Assembly (NCBI GenBank): GCA_964638175.1 | Contig: CAZWZY010000006.1 | Span: forward strand, 12,386-76,385 | Reading direction: 5' to 3' | DNA length: 64,000 nt | Source: an uncultured Thermoplasmatales archaeon | GTDB lineage: Archaea; Thermoplasmatota; E2; DHVEG-1 | Shown: positions 6,401-15,306 of the stretch, piece by piece | Position numbering within the stretch: position 1 is the first letter of the stretch | Layout of the letters: each line of letters begins with the position of its first letter | Position numbers and translations under genes: made by a program | Notes under the pieces: generated by a model | The model's database searches: none | The model's input: only the letters and a program-made list of their open reading frames with translations | Told to the model about the DNA's origin: nothing

Positions 6401-9400
6401 TGGTCGTTTAGTGAGTACCAATTGGTGACATTGACGACTCGCTCCTCTGCATCACTATTCTGCATACCTCCTGCTATAATTCCTGTTGCACTTACCATGT
6501 TGGTATTTGTACCATTATAATTGTTTCCAGAAGAATCATTGAAGCTATTATTGAAGTGCCATACAGCCACATAATCGCCATCCCATGTGCCTGCTACATT
6601 CTGTTGGCTTATACACGTTGTGTTTCCAAAGTATAGATAAATTTCAGTATCAACTGAAGCGCTGAGGCTGGTGACATTCACCCATGCGATAAGGGTACCA
6701 CTCGTGCCGTTAAACGACTCTATTTCGTGGTTCAGTTTAGTTCCGGTTATATTAGTAAAGACAACATCGTCTCCATCATCCTGAGCGCTGTTTGCGAGAC
6801 CCATATCAGTGATACTGACAAGTATCGGGAAGTCGGTGAGATCATCATCAACTTGATTATGATCTATGGTTAATTTCTTCCGATATTTCCAGGAGGCATT
6901 CCACCAGTCAGAAGCATTCCCCCAATTCGAATTATCAGAAGAATAGCGGTACCATAGGGTTACATTATCATAGTCATTATGTTGAGCGGTGGCATTAATC
7001 GTTAATGAAGAAGAGAATATCTCGTATGGGCTAATTGCATCAACCGATGTACTAATCGATCCCGTAGTGAAGTGATATGTTTCATTACACCAATACGTAC
7101 CATCAGTGAGGTTTACACTCCAATAGCATATTGTACCATAATTACTAAAGTTAGTATTTATTTGACTGATATTTACACTGCCACTACTAGCATCAATGCT
7201 ATTATTGGTGGCGAACAATGCCCAACCACCACTACTGTTGCTATACCAATACGCAGTTAAAGTATCACCATCAGCGTCATCTACGGTGACATTTAACACA
7301 GGAATAATGCTGATATTCGTCGCTCCATTTGATGGGGATGGGGAACTCTGCGTCGGTTCAGGAGATAATATCTCAAGAGTGCGTGTTTCGGTTGTATTCT
7401 CATTTCCTGCCACATCAATGGCATGAGCATAATACGAATAGTTCCCAACAGATAATCCTGTAAAGTTATGATGTAGCTTGTAGTCTGAGGAGTTATAAGA
7501 AGCGTTTATTTCTTCCCAGCTGAGAACTCGGTTCCATACACGTACTTCATCGATGGATCCATTGAAAAGAAATGCTGTTCCAGGGCTTTCGCCACCAATA
7601 CATAATGGAAGACTATTTGTCCCGATAGGGCCAGTGGTGGCCGGTGTTACAGTGCCTGCATCCGCACCGTTAATGTAATATTGTATGGTGGTACCATTGT
7701 AGGTTGCAACAACGTGTGACCATTCTCCCTGATTAAATCCACTAGATGACCATAAGTCATTTCCTTGTGCTACCCCACCAAACTCCGCTGCCAGTTCTAT
7801 TTTTCCAGTACCCATAATTCTAAGTGCGTACGCTGATATCCGGCTTTTACTGACTAACCGGGGCCAACCTATGAACGTCCCATAGTTCACCCATGCTTCA
7901 ATCGTGATTTCATCAGTAATATCGAAGCTTACATCATTTCCACAGTCAACATAGTCGCCGCTATCAAAACTGAGAGCAGATCCAAACTTTCCCGTTGTCA
8001 GATTTGGTAATCCTGTATTCAACCAGAGAGCATATGAATCTCCCTCGTTAAATCCTGTCAATGTGTCTTGGAAATAGAGTGCCCTGTAAGATTCATTGAC
8101 AACTTCATAATCTGAGATAATGGTAGTATTACCGTTCGCCAATCCAGAAGTGGCCATAAATGTCCATCCATTAAAAACATCGTCTGCAGTCTGTAACGTA
8201 TCATCATCTACACACTGTGTTTCATTGGTGGCAGCCACATCTGCAATACCAGTAATATTAGTATATTCTCGAGTTCCATTGTTACCATAGGTAGAATTAT
8301 CAAAGACATGTGTAGCATTGGTGTGTTCAAAGCTCCAATAACCGACGAGACTATTATCCCAGTTGATAAAGCTTGAGGTGTCGCTAGAATCTGAGACGGT
8401 AACATTAATCTGTGCATAAGTATCGGTTGTTTCAGTATCATTTGCGGGAGTTGGCGGAGTGTCAAAGGAGATGGAAGGAGCAGTATCATCGAATAGACAT
8501 ATTACATCAGCACTCCCTGGCGCAGACTCAATATTGGTAAAGTTATCCGTCGCAATACTGTAGAATTCGTAATAACCAGTACCGTTGGGGAAGGTAAAGG
8601 TCCAATTCCAGTCATAATCAGTATCGGTTGTGTTTTCCACCCAGCCACCCCAGCTACTGTTATCCGATGAATAGCGATACCATAAGGTGACGTTCTTTAC
8701 ACCTGATAACTCATCTGATGCGGTAGCTGTAATCTCTATCAATCCTGTGGAATTTACATACGGAGAAATTGTATCAATTGACGAACTTGGAGGTTGGTTA
8801 TCAGAGCCAGCAACCGCATCTCTTCCTTCAATAATTCTTCCATAATAGATACTATATGGAGAAGAGGTTCCTTGCCTCCAGACGAAATCAATTTTTGTGC
8901 CATATGGCCCCAGCACGCAACTTGGAGAGTCATGCCCTGTATTATCATTTGTTATTGAGATATTACCACTAAGCGAGTTGTTGGTTCTCCAGAACGTTCG
9001 GTAGAAAATATCATAATTTGCATTAATTGTATCTGATCTGAAAAGAATATACACTTCTGTACTATTGTGTCCTCTGGAGATGTGTGCTCCTCCTGAATCG
9101 TTATGAACCGCATAGTCTGAGGACCAGCTTAAGGTGGGGATAGGAGTATATCTGACATATCGAGTGTTATCGTTACTATGCCAATAAGTTAAATAGAGAT
9201 ATCCATCAGAAGTAACAACAATGGATGGGTCCTGTCGGTAGTTTGTCCCCCAAAGCGACCGGGCATTTATGGTCCATGATGTTCCTCCGTTATACTGGAT
9301 ACGTTGAGTATACCCATTACCTCCATTTGCACTCCATTGCCGAGGCGAGACCCAAATATCCTGCGTTGATGGATCGATATCGACAGAGAGATCATAACTT

Positions 9401-12400
9401 CCCGATCCATGATCAACGCCAGCATCTGTTCCCCATGTCGATCCTCCATCAGTCGAGTTTGAATGCAGCAATATGGGATCATCAAATTTTGTCCAGACAA
9501 TGTGAATATAGTCGTTAGAATCAACAAGGATGTGAGGGTGACGTATACGATCGTATCTATCTCCGCTACTACCATAATCTCTTGCATCGGCAACTTCAGC
9601 AGTACTGCCCCAACTCCATGTCCACGGATTGTTTGCTTTGTCCACCGTACCGTTCTTGTACCATAATCGGTGGGCACCTGCATCAGCAATTTCTCGATAA
9701 TCTCCCATGCAAAAGTGGAGATTGTCACTAGAATCTATAGCGACACCAAGCATGGTATAGGGATTATCCTCAAGAACTTCGGTGTCCCAGGTCATCCCAT
9801 CATTGTACGAACGGGCATACATCACTTTGTCATCAGTAGAGTTATAGTAAATAATATGAATTGTTCCATCGGAAGTTCTTACAATTTGACGTCCGTCGCC
9901 GCCCGTTGTCGTACCTGGAGAATCTATCAAAAACGTATCAGCAATACCTGGAGATGATTCTTCATTGCTAGCATTGTCACAAGCGATGCTATAAAACTCA
10001 TAATAGCCACTACCGTTGGGGAAGGTAAAGGTCCAATTCCAGTCATAATCAGTATCGGTTGTGTTTTCCACCCAGCCACCCCAGCTACTGTTATCCGATG
10101 AATAGCGATACCATAAGGTGACGTTCTTTACACCGCTGTAGCCATCAAATGCATACGCTGATAATTCGACACTACCGCTATTGTTCCAATATGGAGAAAT
10201 CGTTTTAACGCTGGATGAAGGTGTTGTGTTATCACGATAACAGAACGCATCGGCACTACCTGGAGTCGATTCATTAACTGACTTGGCTTTTTTCCCGATA
10301 CTGTAGAACTCATAATAGCCAGTACTGTTAGGGAAGTCGAAATTCCAACTCCAAGGACTGCTCGTATCTGGATTGTTTGCGTTATTCCATTTTTGCCAAT
10401 CCCCTTGAAGTTCAAATAAATAGTCGTCATCAGTATCCTGAGTCCACCCACCGATAGCACTGTACGTCCATTCACTACCACCAGAATAGGAAGCTGAAGT
10501 GCTGTCATATCTAAGATAGACGTATTTATCTCCAGTTCCGCTTGCACTCCATGTCATCGCATAGGTAGTACCTGCTTGAAGCTCGTAGCCACCAAAATCA
10601 ACTGCCCACCATTCATAATCAGCAGTTGATGCAGCTGAAACATTTCCTGATCCTTGTATCAGATATCCTCCGCTGGTATTTGGCTGACCACCAGCAATCG
10701 TTGGATACAACTTACAATATAATCTCTCAACACCACTATCTATGTTGATAAGGAATTTAATACTGTTTAAGTTGAATGTTTCGTTGGCACCGACAGCGCC
10801 GATGGTAAACGTTTGATAATAAGTAGTGCTTATCAGCATAGTGCCAGTGTAATATAATCGGTCAGCGTCACCGCCTGTCTTGTAATACTCGTATGTGTTA
10901 TTATTTGTTCGATACCACAAGGTGACATTATCTGGAGGTAAACCGTTATTAGAAGCAGTAATAGTCAATGAGGGGGTGGTGACATTATAGGGAATGATAG
11001 TATCAATCGTTGTGTTTAACGGTGCATAACATATTGCATCAGCAGCATCTGGAGGGGTCTCATTCTCAACGCCTGATTTATTGCCGATACTGTAGAATTC
11101 GTAATATCCTGCGCCGTCCGGGAAGTCAAAACTCCACTGCCAAGGACTACTTGTATCAGGATTGTTTGCGTTATCCCATTTCTGCCAATCTCCATGAAGT
11201 TCAAACAACACATCATCATCAGTCATTTCTTGCCAAGCTCCTACGCTTGGTTTATACCACATACTACCACCAGGATACGTAGCAGAAGTAGTATCGTTAG
11301 CCAGATACAGAGAATTGCCCATCGTTCCACTTATGCCCCATTTCATTGCATAGGTTTCACCCGCTTGCAGTGTATATCCATCGAAATTGACTGATCGCCA
11401 TTCCCACGTTGTGTTTGAGGTTTCTGAAACACCACCGGAGCCAGATGTTAGCGATCCACCACCGGTATCTGGCTGACCATTATCATCAGTCGGATACAAG
11501 GTACACGTTAACGTACTGACACCGCCAGGCGAGCTTTGTTTTATGAGAAAGTCAATATTCGTTAAATTGTATGTTCTTGTGGCGCCCACAGCACCGATGG
11601 TAAATGTTTGATAGTAGGTCCCAGTTGATGCTCCAAGAACTTGATATGTAAGGTAGTCGTCGTTACCTGTGGTATATTCTTCAATATTCCAAGAGTTGTT
11701 ATCAAGAGAATGCCGGTAATAGAGAGTAACATTATCCACAGCACTATAATTGGTAGCGGTAATAGCAAGAGGATCTGAGGTTATCTGATAAGGACTAATG
11801 GCATCAACGGCAGTGCTAATCTGGCTATATTCGACATTAAGTTTTGCACCATACACCTGTGAACTATATTCATACGACCAGATGATGAGATTTCCTACAT
11901 TTTCATTTTTTCCTTTCAGAAGTACGGTTAGGTTATTACCACTACTCCATCCCGAACGATCAATAACTTCTTGAACAGCATCTGTAAAGTCTGGACTCTG
12001 TATCCATGTGCTCGTTCCCACATTGGTATCTGTCCATTCCGTAGAATTCTCAGTGGTTGTCCGGCTGGCAACATCGTAGTTATCCAAAAAATTCTGAGAG
12101 TCGTCAATGGCTTCACAATATATGTCAAGGTTGGGATCATCATGAGATCCACTAGAATACGTGTACACTTCAAGATATGCATCATCTATAAAGGCACCAT
12201 TTGGAATAGAAATATCTGAGAAAAATAAACCACCATTGTATCTACTTGTGTCAGTCGTGCTATCATCAGCCCTTATATATTGTGCTGTACGACTAATGGA
12301 AGATTCGGCATCATTTTCATAGGCGTCATTGACACCAGCATCAATCTGTGTATCAATACTTGGGTCGATCACCACTGGAAACTCCATATGATTGAGATCT

Positions 12401-14511
12401 GATACTTTGATACCAGAGAGAAGATAATATTCGCCATCATGTTGGACAAAACGATATGTCAACTGTTGTCTTATACTCTTGTTATGCAATTCGTATGCAT
12501 TGCCAACGGGCATGAAAAACTTAAGATCATCCAAGACATCCTTAAAATTAATCTGTCCATCTGTTACTGTAAAATCATCTCTCTTTTCCTTCCCATCACT
12601 ATATAACAGGAGGTTTTGATAATCCAATTTAGTAATAAATACCAGATATGAGTCCTGATTGCTAAATCCGTAAGTAGATGGTGGGGCATTCTGTAATACT
12701 GTTTTTGTCGTATTTGTCATTACAATTTCTTCCTTAAGTCCATGTGGGGTGTATCGCCACGTGATATTCATACCACTAAAGACATTGGGAAATACACACG
12801 CACTCCCCTGGATTGATGGTTGTACCGACTGAATGCTTTGCAAGTACTCATATTGCCAATTCTTTGATGGGTCGAGATATCCTACGCCAACCAATTTACT
12901 ACGCAAGACATCCACACTAGGATCGTTTGATTTGCCATACGCGAAAGCAATGGGCCATTCCGCTGAAAGATCAGGTTTGAAATACACATTAAACAATCCT
13001 CGTTCATTCCCTGCTCGATAACCATATTCATAAGCCGGGTGAGATGCATTCAACAAAGACACATTACATAGAATGGGATGCCATTGTCCTTCCTCGTCCT
13101 GATAATTAACAGGGCCAAGATAGCTTACATATCGATAGTGGCCACTGGAAGTGTCATAATATTTATTCCAGTTCATCCCTTGTTCAACAAGAATATGATC
13201 TGGTGAAGTGGCCAATTTGTCGGCTATATCTGGGGGATTAGGATCAGGAACTACTGAAAAGGCAATTTCTTGTGGGGTCGTTGTGTTCTTCTGCGGTTCT
13301 GCGAGTGTACTTGCAGAAGCAAAGGAGGAGATTGTGCTCCAGAAGGAAGTGGTACGATTGTATCCCCAGGCGGCATAATAGCAACTCGTACTTTGGGTAA
13401 GATTGGTGTCATTATATGATGGTGCGGTTCCGTTGTAAAGGACAATACCGTCAGCCGTATGTTCTGGATAGCCTTCGGTGTTTCGTACCACATATGTGGT
13501 ATCTGATCCTCTTCCTTTGCTCCAGGAGAGATGGATGGTGGTTGTATTCAATGCACGAGCAGTGAAGTTACCTGGAGGAGCGACTGGCTGCTCTGTTGCA
13601 TTGCTTGTCACAGTTATCTGCAGTATTTTCTGTATCGTAGTATTGCCTACCGTAGCATTGACCTCGAACACATAGTCTCCAGGCAATGCTGCCCGTATGC
13701 TATAGTTGAAGGTACCGTTACTGGCATTGATGGGATGCGAAGTAGTGAGATTTGGACCGGATATGGAAAAGTTTACACTGGTATTGATAAGGGTTTCGTT
13801 GTAGTAAATAAGACCGTGAAGAGCAATGGTCTCGTTTACTGTGTACTGTTGTTTATCAGTCCAAAGGTCAAGGCTAAGGGTGTCATTTGTGGTCTCGTTT
13901 TGTGTGACGTTTCCTTCAGGGGTTTCCTCAGATTCGTTACCGCTCACGTTTGAGTCTAACCAACGATAGGTAGTCTGGTAGAATGTTTGGTTGCGGCCTA
14001 TTGCTGAAATGGTAATCAAATGGTCCCCCGCAGAAAGATTGTGGAGGAACCAGGTGCCTTGCCAGAGCTGGTCAGTGGTACGATTACCCACAGTAGTATT
14101 TGCGACCATCGTCAGATTGATAGTCTTGATACCTGAGATATTAGCCCATGCGTCAGTAATATTGTAGGATGCAGGAATCGTGGCATTGAGGTAGATCAGG
14201 TCTCCTTCAACAGGATTAAGCGGTTCAATGGAGACACTGATATCGAAATCTCCACCATAAAAGATAGGCAATATCGACAGAATCATGGCAACGATAATCG
14301 CAACTGAGACAAGTGGGAGGATAATTTTGGTAAGTGGTGTCTTTTTGCGTGGTTTTGAGGTAGTTGGTTGTTGATGCTTCTTGATCCGATGGGTGTTTGC
14401 CTCTAAGGTTTTGTCAATGAAGAGACGATCGACACGATCGTCAATGTCATGGCGTGTTGATGAGTTAGTATGGAGGCGGTCAAGCCAGCGGAGATCGTCA
14501 TTGCCTATCAC
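3451..14511 (-). CDS. Giant (3686 aa) N-terminally anchored multidomain surface glycoprotein, paralog 2
   Basis: Uninterrupted ORF. It starts with a conserved cytoplasmic tail and a single TM helix (IILPLVSVAIIVAMILSILPIF). Motifs read from the translation: FN3-like (PNAPTNFNATSYNSTQINLTWVKGTGANNTYIEY); BNR/Asp-box sialidase-like (SYNDGMTWD, STDGGSTWG; nt ~8704-10010); LamG/ConA-like (LPLCIGGESPGTAFLFNGSIDEVRVWNRVLSWEEI; DGRFDEARISKVVRSNEW); DUF2341-like (WWNASWKYRKKLTIDHNQVDDDLTDFPILV...IYLYFGN); five ...GYYEFYSI modules; and a C-terminal ~127-aa domain shared with two other proteins. The GTG start overlaps the upstream TGA (GTGA). Confidence 0.9.
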   Translation of the reverse strand: MIGNDDLRWLDRLHTNSSTRHDIDDRVDRLFIDKTLEANTHRIKKHQQPTTSKPRKKTPLTKIILPLVSVAIIVAMILSILPIFYGGDFDISVSIEPLNPVEGDLIYLNATIPASYNITDAWANISGIKTINLTMVANTTVGNRTTDQLWQGTWFLHNLSAGDHLITISAIGRNQTFYQTTYRWLDSNVSGNESEETPEGNVTQNETTNDTLSLDLWTDKQQYTVNETIALHGLIYYNETLINTSVNFSISGPNLTTSHPINASNGTFNYSIRAALPGDYVFEVNATVGNTTIQKILQITVTSNATEQPVAPPGNFTARALNTTTIHLSWSKGRGSDTTYVVRNTEGYPEHTADGIVLYNGTAPSYNDTNLTQSTSCYYAAWGYNRTTSFWSTISSFASASTLAEPQKNTTTPQEIAFSVVPDPNPPDIADKLATSPDHILVEQGMNWNKYYDTSSGHYRYVSYLGPVNYQDEEGQWHPILCNVSLLNASHPAYEYGYRAGNERGLFNVYFKPDLSAEWPIAFAYGKSNDPSVDVLRSKLVGVGYLDPSKNWQYEYLQSIQSVQPSIQGSACVFPNVFSGMNITWRYTPHGLKEEIVMTNTTKTVLQNAPPSTYGFSNQDSYLVFITKLDYQNLLLYSDGKEKRDDFTVTDGQINFKDVLDDLKFFMPVGNAYELHNKSIRQQLTYRFVQHDGEYYLLSGIKVSDLNHMEFPVVIDPSIDTQIDAGVNDAYENDAESSISRTAQYIRADDSTTDTSRYNGGLFFSDISIPNGAFIDDAYLEVYTYSSGSHDDPNLDIYCEAIDDSQNFLDNYDVASRTTTENSTEWTDTNVGTSTWIQSPDFTDAVQEVIDRSGWSSGNNLTVLLKGKNENVGNLIIWSYEYSSQVYGAKLNVEYSQISTAVDAISPYQITSDPLAITATNYSAVDNVTLYYRHSLDNNSWNIEEYTTGNDDYLTYQVLGASTGTYYQTFTIGAVGATRTYNLTNIDFLIKQSSPGGVSTLTCTLYPTDDNGQPDTGGGSLTSGSGGVSETSNTTWEWRSVNFDGYTLQAGETYAMKWGISGTMGNSLYLANDTTSATYPGGSMWYKPSVGAWQEMTDDDVLFELHGDWQKWDNANNPDTSSPWQWSFDFPDGAGYYEFYSIGNKSGVENETPPDAADAICYAPLNTTIDTIIPYNVTTPSLTITASNNGLPPDNVTLWYRTNNNTYEYYKTGGDADRLYYTGTMLISTTYYQTFTIGAVGANETFNLNSIKFLINIDSGVERLYCKLYPTIAGGQPNTSGGYLIQGSGNVSAASTADYEWWAVDFGGYELQAGTTYAMTWSASGTGDKYVYLRYDSTSASYSGGSEWTYSAIGGWTQDTDDDYLFELQGDWQKWNNANNPDTSSPWSWNFDFPNSTGYYEFYSIGKKAKSVNESTPGSADAFCYRDNTTPSSSVKTISPYWNNSGSVELSAYAFDGYSGVKNVTLWYRYSSDNSSWGGWVENTTDTDYDWNWTFTFPNGSGYYEFYSIACDNASNEESSPGIADTFLIDSPGTTTGGDGRQIVRTSDGTIHIIYYNSTDDKVMYARSYNDGMTWDTEVLEDNPYTMLGVAIDSSDNLHFCMGDYREIADAGAHRLWYKNGTVDKANNPWTWSWGSTAEVADARDYGSSGDRYDRIRHPHILVDSNDYIHIVWTKFDDPILLHSNSTDGGSTWGTDAGVDHGSGSYDLSVDIDPSTQDIWVSPRQWSANGGNGYTQRIQYNGGTSWTINARSLWGTNYRQDPSIVVTSDGYLYLTYWHSNDNTRYVRYTPIPTLSWSSDYAVHNDSGGAHISRGHNSTEVYILFRSDTINANYDIFYRTFWRTNNSLSGNISITNDNTGHDSPSCVLGPYGTKIDFVWRQGTSSPYSIYYGRIIEGRDAVAGSDNQPPSSSIDTISPYVNSTGLIEITATASDELSGVKNVTLWYRYSSDNSSWGGWVENTTDTDYDWNWTFTFPNGTGYYEFYSIATDNFTNIESAPGSADVICLFDDTAPSISFDTPPTPANDTETTDTYAQINVTVSDSSDTSSFINWDNSLVGYWSFEHTNATHVFDNSTYGNNGTREYTNITGIADVAATNETQCVDDDTLQTADDVFNGWTFMATSGLANGNTTIISDYEVVNESYRALYFQDTLTGFNEGDSYALWLNTGLPNLTTGKFGSALSFDSGDYVDCGNDVSFDITDEITIEAWVNYGTFIGWPRLVSKSRISAYALRIMGTGKIELAAEFGGVAQGNDLWSSSGFNQGEWSHVVATYNGTTIQYYINGADAGTVTPATTGPIGTNSLPLCIGGESPGTAFLFNGSIDEVRVWNRVLSWEEINASYNSSDYKLHHNFTGLSVGNYSYYAHAIDVAGNENTTETRTLEILSPEPTQSSPSPSNGATNISIIPVLNVTVDDADGDTLTAYWYSNSSGGWALFATNNSIDASSGSVNISQINTNFSNYGTICYWSVNLTDGTYWCNETYHFTTGSISTSVDAISPYEIFSSSLTINATAQHNDYDNVTLWYRYSSDNSNWGNASDWWNASWKYRKKLTIDHNQVDDDLTDFPILVSITDMGLANSAQDDGDDVVFTNITGTKLNHEIESFNGTSGTLIAWVNVTSLSASVDTEIYLYFGNTTCISQQNVAGTWDGDYVAVWHFNNSFNDSSGNNYNGTNTNMVSATGIIAGGMQNSDAEERVVNVTNWYSLNDQITAEIWLNLNNNDVTYPRIFMEGPDWTDNDWGVYLRTQDNYELRWLRVSQFVQGGNVPDNYGSGVGGVGYWWYLWGTYDEDGGGAGIDPTSMHYNKTVDGFDDTFTTGASLQENHNYLLIGNDAAGNCWDGRFDEARISKVVRSNEWMNTTYNTIINTTTFLTVADEEGWMQWSDASNPDTSSPWQWNFSFPNGTGYYEFYSIGKKSGSTDETSPPVADAICHCDPSVVPIVTTNASTGVEETNATLHGYLSNDGGENCTVWFEYGTTISYGNTTSNQTKSTGDEFSYNLDSLGGYQTEVLRPNAAGSLTQCAIDGNDPAPTNWESVDEVTSDGDDTYVKGAIDQDHSFDLYNVTDSSIPNGATINSVTVYAMCKKEGAAGEVKLSIKENGVKSDSGIKSLPVSWGLKSETWTTRPSDGQPWTKNDVDSLEIGIGLFYWDGLLNSLCTQIYAEVNYSISLAPGTLYHYRASANNSVAASYGSDMAFLTKPNAPTNFNATSYNSTQINLTWVKGTGANNTYIEYNTTASSWPRGQGTMIYNDTGTSYEHTGLAEGTTYYYQIWSYTTWTYNPTVHQWSDENASANNKTNTLPTITPITPKNGSTDVSLQPTCQVWANDSDGDTLIVNFWQNASGAQTFEQYTESNSPYYYHAGWYEFQTFTIGTTGTNATFECTDISPYVCKYGNPPNATFQLRETNATGHPLMNSYLASKTITGASLPSTYPPDGTWNVTWDVPVELSQGTTYAIVAMCEYGDTDNDIEWHTDTTSPTYSGGVRGYGNDTAGFTLDATDDHAFEVWGEWVVNQTNTSVSANSTVSWGYTQASSTNTTYWWKVTVDDGLDSNASRIFHFTTEEENISFDIAPPQWDMGSVDIGDINETTGFYFNLTNEGNVALDITINATHATNSTTGAQWNLTTPPAKDNFSLWYKKNGDASWTNITTSFTSFVTNLAADNWKTFDLKLLMATTSSTTDPLGLTVTFKSVAS
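8580..8703 (-). repeat. 124-nt perfect intragenic direct repeat, copy A
   Basis: 8580-8703 equals 10011-10134 base for base. The offset is 1431 nt (477 codons, in frame). It encodes GVKNVTLWYRYSSDNSSWGGWVENTTDTDYDWNWTFTFPNG. Confidence 0.9.
10011..10134 (-). repeat. 124-nt perfect intragenic direct repeat, copy B
   Basis: See 8580-8703. Confidence 0.9.
13901..13953 (-). repeat. 53-nt perfect repeat shared by giant paralogs 1 and 2 (copy in paralog 2)
   Basis: See 949-1001. Confidence 0.9.
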
Positions 14512-15101
14512 GGCCGATCACCTCCTTTGGGTTTGTGTGGGACGAGAACGGCGGTGCGGCTGATGATAAATGCCAGCTCATGGAAATAGGGGTTTTCCTC
14601 GCGGATCCACTGGAGTAGACGGGAGCGGCCTAACTTGTGTTCCAATACCTTCAAGACTCGTCGATACGGGATGGGAGAAACAGGACGAGTCTGTTTGAGA
14701 CGGGAGTGAACATACTCCCGTGCTTCTGCAAAGGTGATGACCTCGCCAAGGAGTGGGTCAAAGTTCTTGGTCCAGTGATGGATGGTTTGCCTTGAAACAT
14801 CACCTTTGGTGACCTGGAGCCGGGACAACAGGTCGTTGACAAAGCCTCGGTACTCCCGCATGTTGGAGAAGGACGGGATGGTTCTGCGGAAGTACAGACA
14901 GTAGGCAATGATTGGGAATGGGATGTTTGTTGATGGGTAGCCTTTCAAGGCGTCTTCGGTGAAATATTTACCACACGATTTGCAAAAAATTTCTTGTTTT
15001 GCTCCATGAGGATGCCCGTTAAAAACAAGTGCATCTTGTCTGCAATGAGGACAAATTGATAAGGAATCTTTACCCATCCCGTTCCAATGTATGCAACTCA
15101 A
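14508..15101 (-). CDS. Zinc-ribbon + HTH DNA-binding protein, InsA-like (copy 2)
   Basis: 197-aa ORF from TTG 15101. The likely start is ATG 15077 (MGKDSLSICPHC...) in the conserved GGGATGGG context. The C-terminal ~150 aa are almost identical to copies 1 and 3. The stop overlaps the GTG of the 3686-aa gene. Confidence 0.75.
   Translation of the reverse strand: MSCIHWNGMGKDSLSICPHCRQDALVFNGHPHGAKQEIFCKSCGKYFTEDALKGYPSTNIPFPIIAYCLYFRRTIPSFSNMREYRGFVNDLLSRLQVTKGDVSRQTIHHWTKNFDPLLGEVITFAEAREYVHSRLKQTRPVSPIPYRRVLKVLEHKLGRSRLLQWIREENPYFHELAFIISRTAVLVPHKPKGGDRP
14548..14864 (-). repeat. Module-junction repeat, copy 2 core (317 nt identical in all three copies)
   Basis: 14548-14864 = 1605-1921 = 22720-23036. 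Scattered mismatches appear on both sides of this core. Confidence 0.9.
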
Positions 15102-15107
15102 TTAGAG

Positions 15108-15261
15108 TATTTAAATATTTTTTTATTATTGAAGAAAATCAGGATTATATTTGACGTAATCTGGACAAAAAAAAGACAATTATACCCGTAACAAAAGTCA
15201 ATCATAGTTTATTTATAAATACTTTTTTGTTATTTGATATTTATCCGGATTATATTTGACG
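15108..15261 (-). promoter_or_regulatory. Putative promoter/operator region of Zn-ribbon gene copy 2
   Basis: TATTTAAATAT at 15108-15118. The 15-nt perfect repeat GGATTATATTTGACG occurs at 15142-15156 and 15247-15261 and contains the TTTGACG motif. Confidence 0.4.
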
Positions 15262-15306
15262 CTATTTACGATAGATGCAACTATTCATTGTAAAAACAAA
15301 AAAAGA

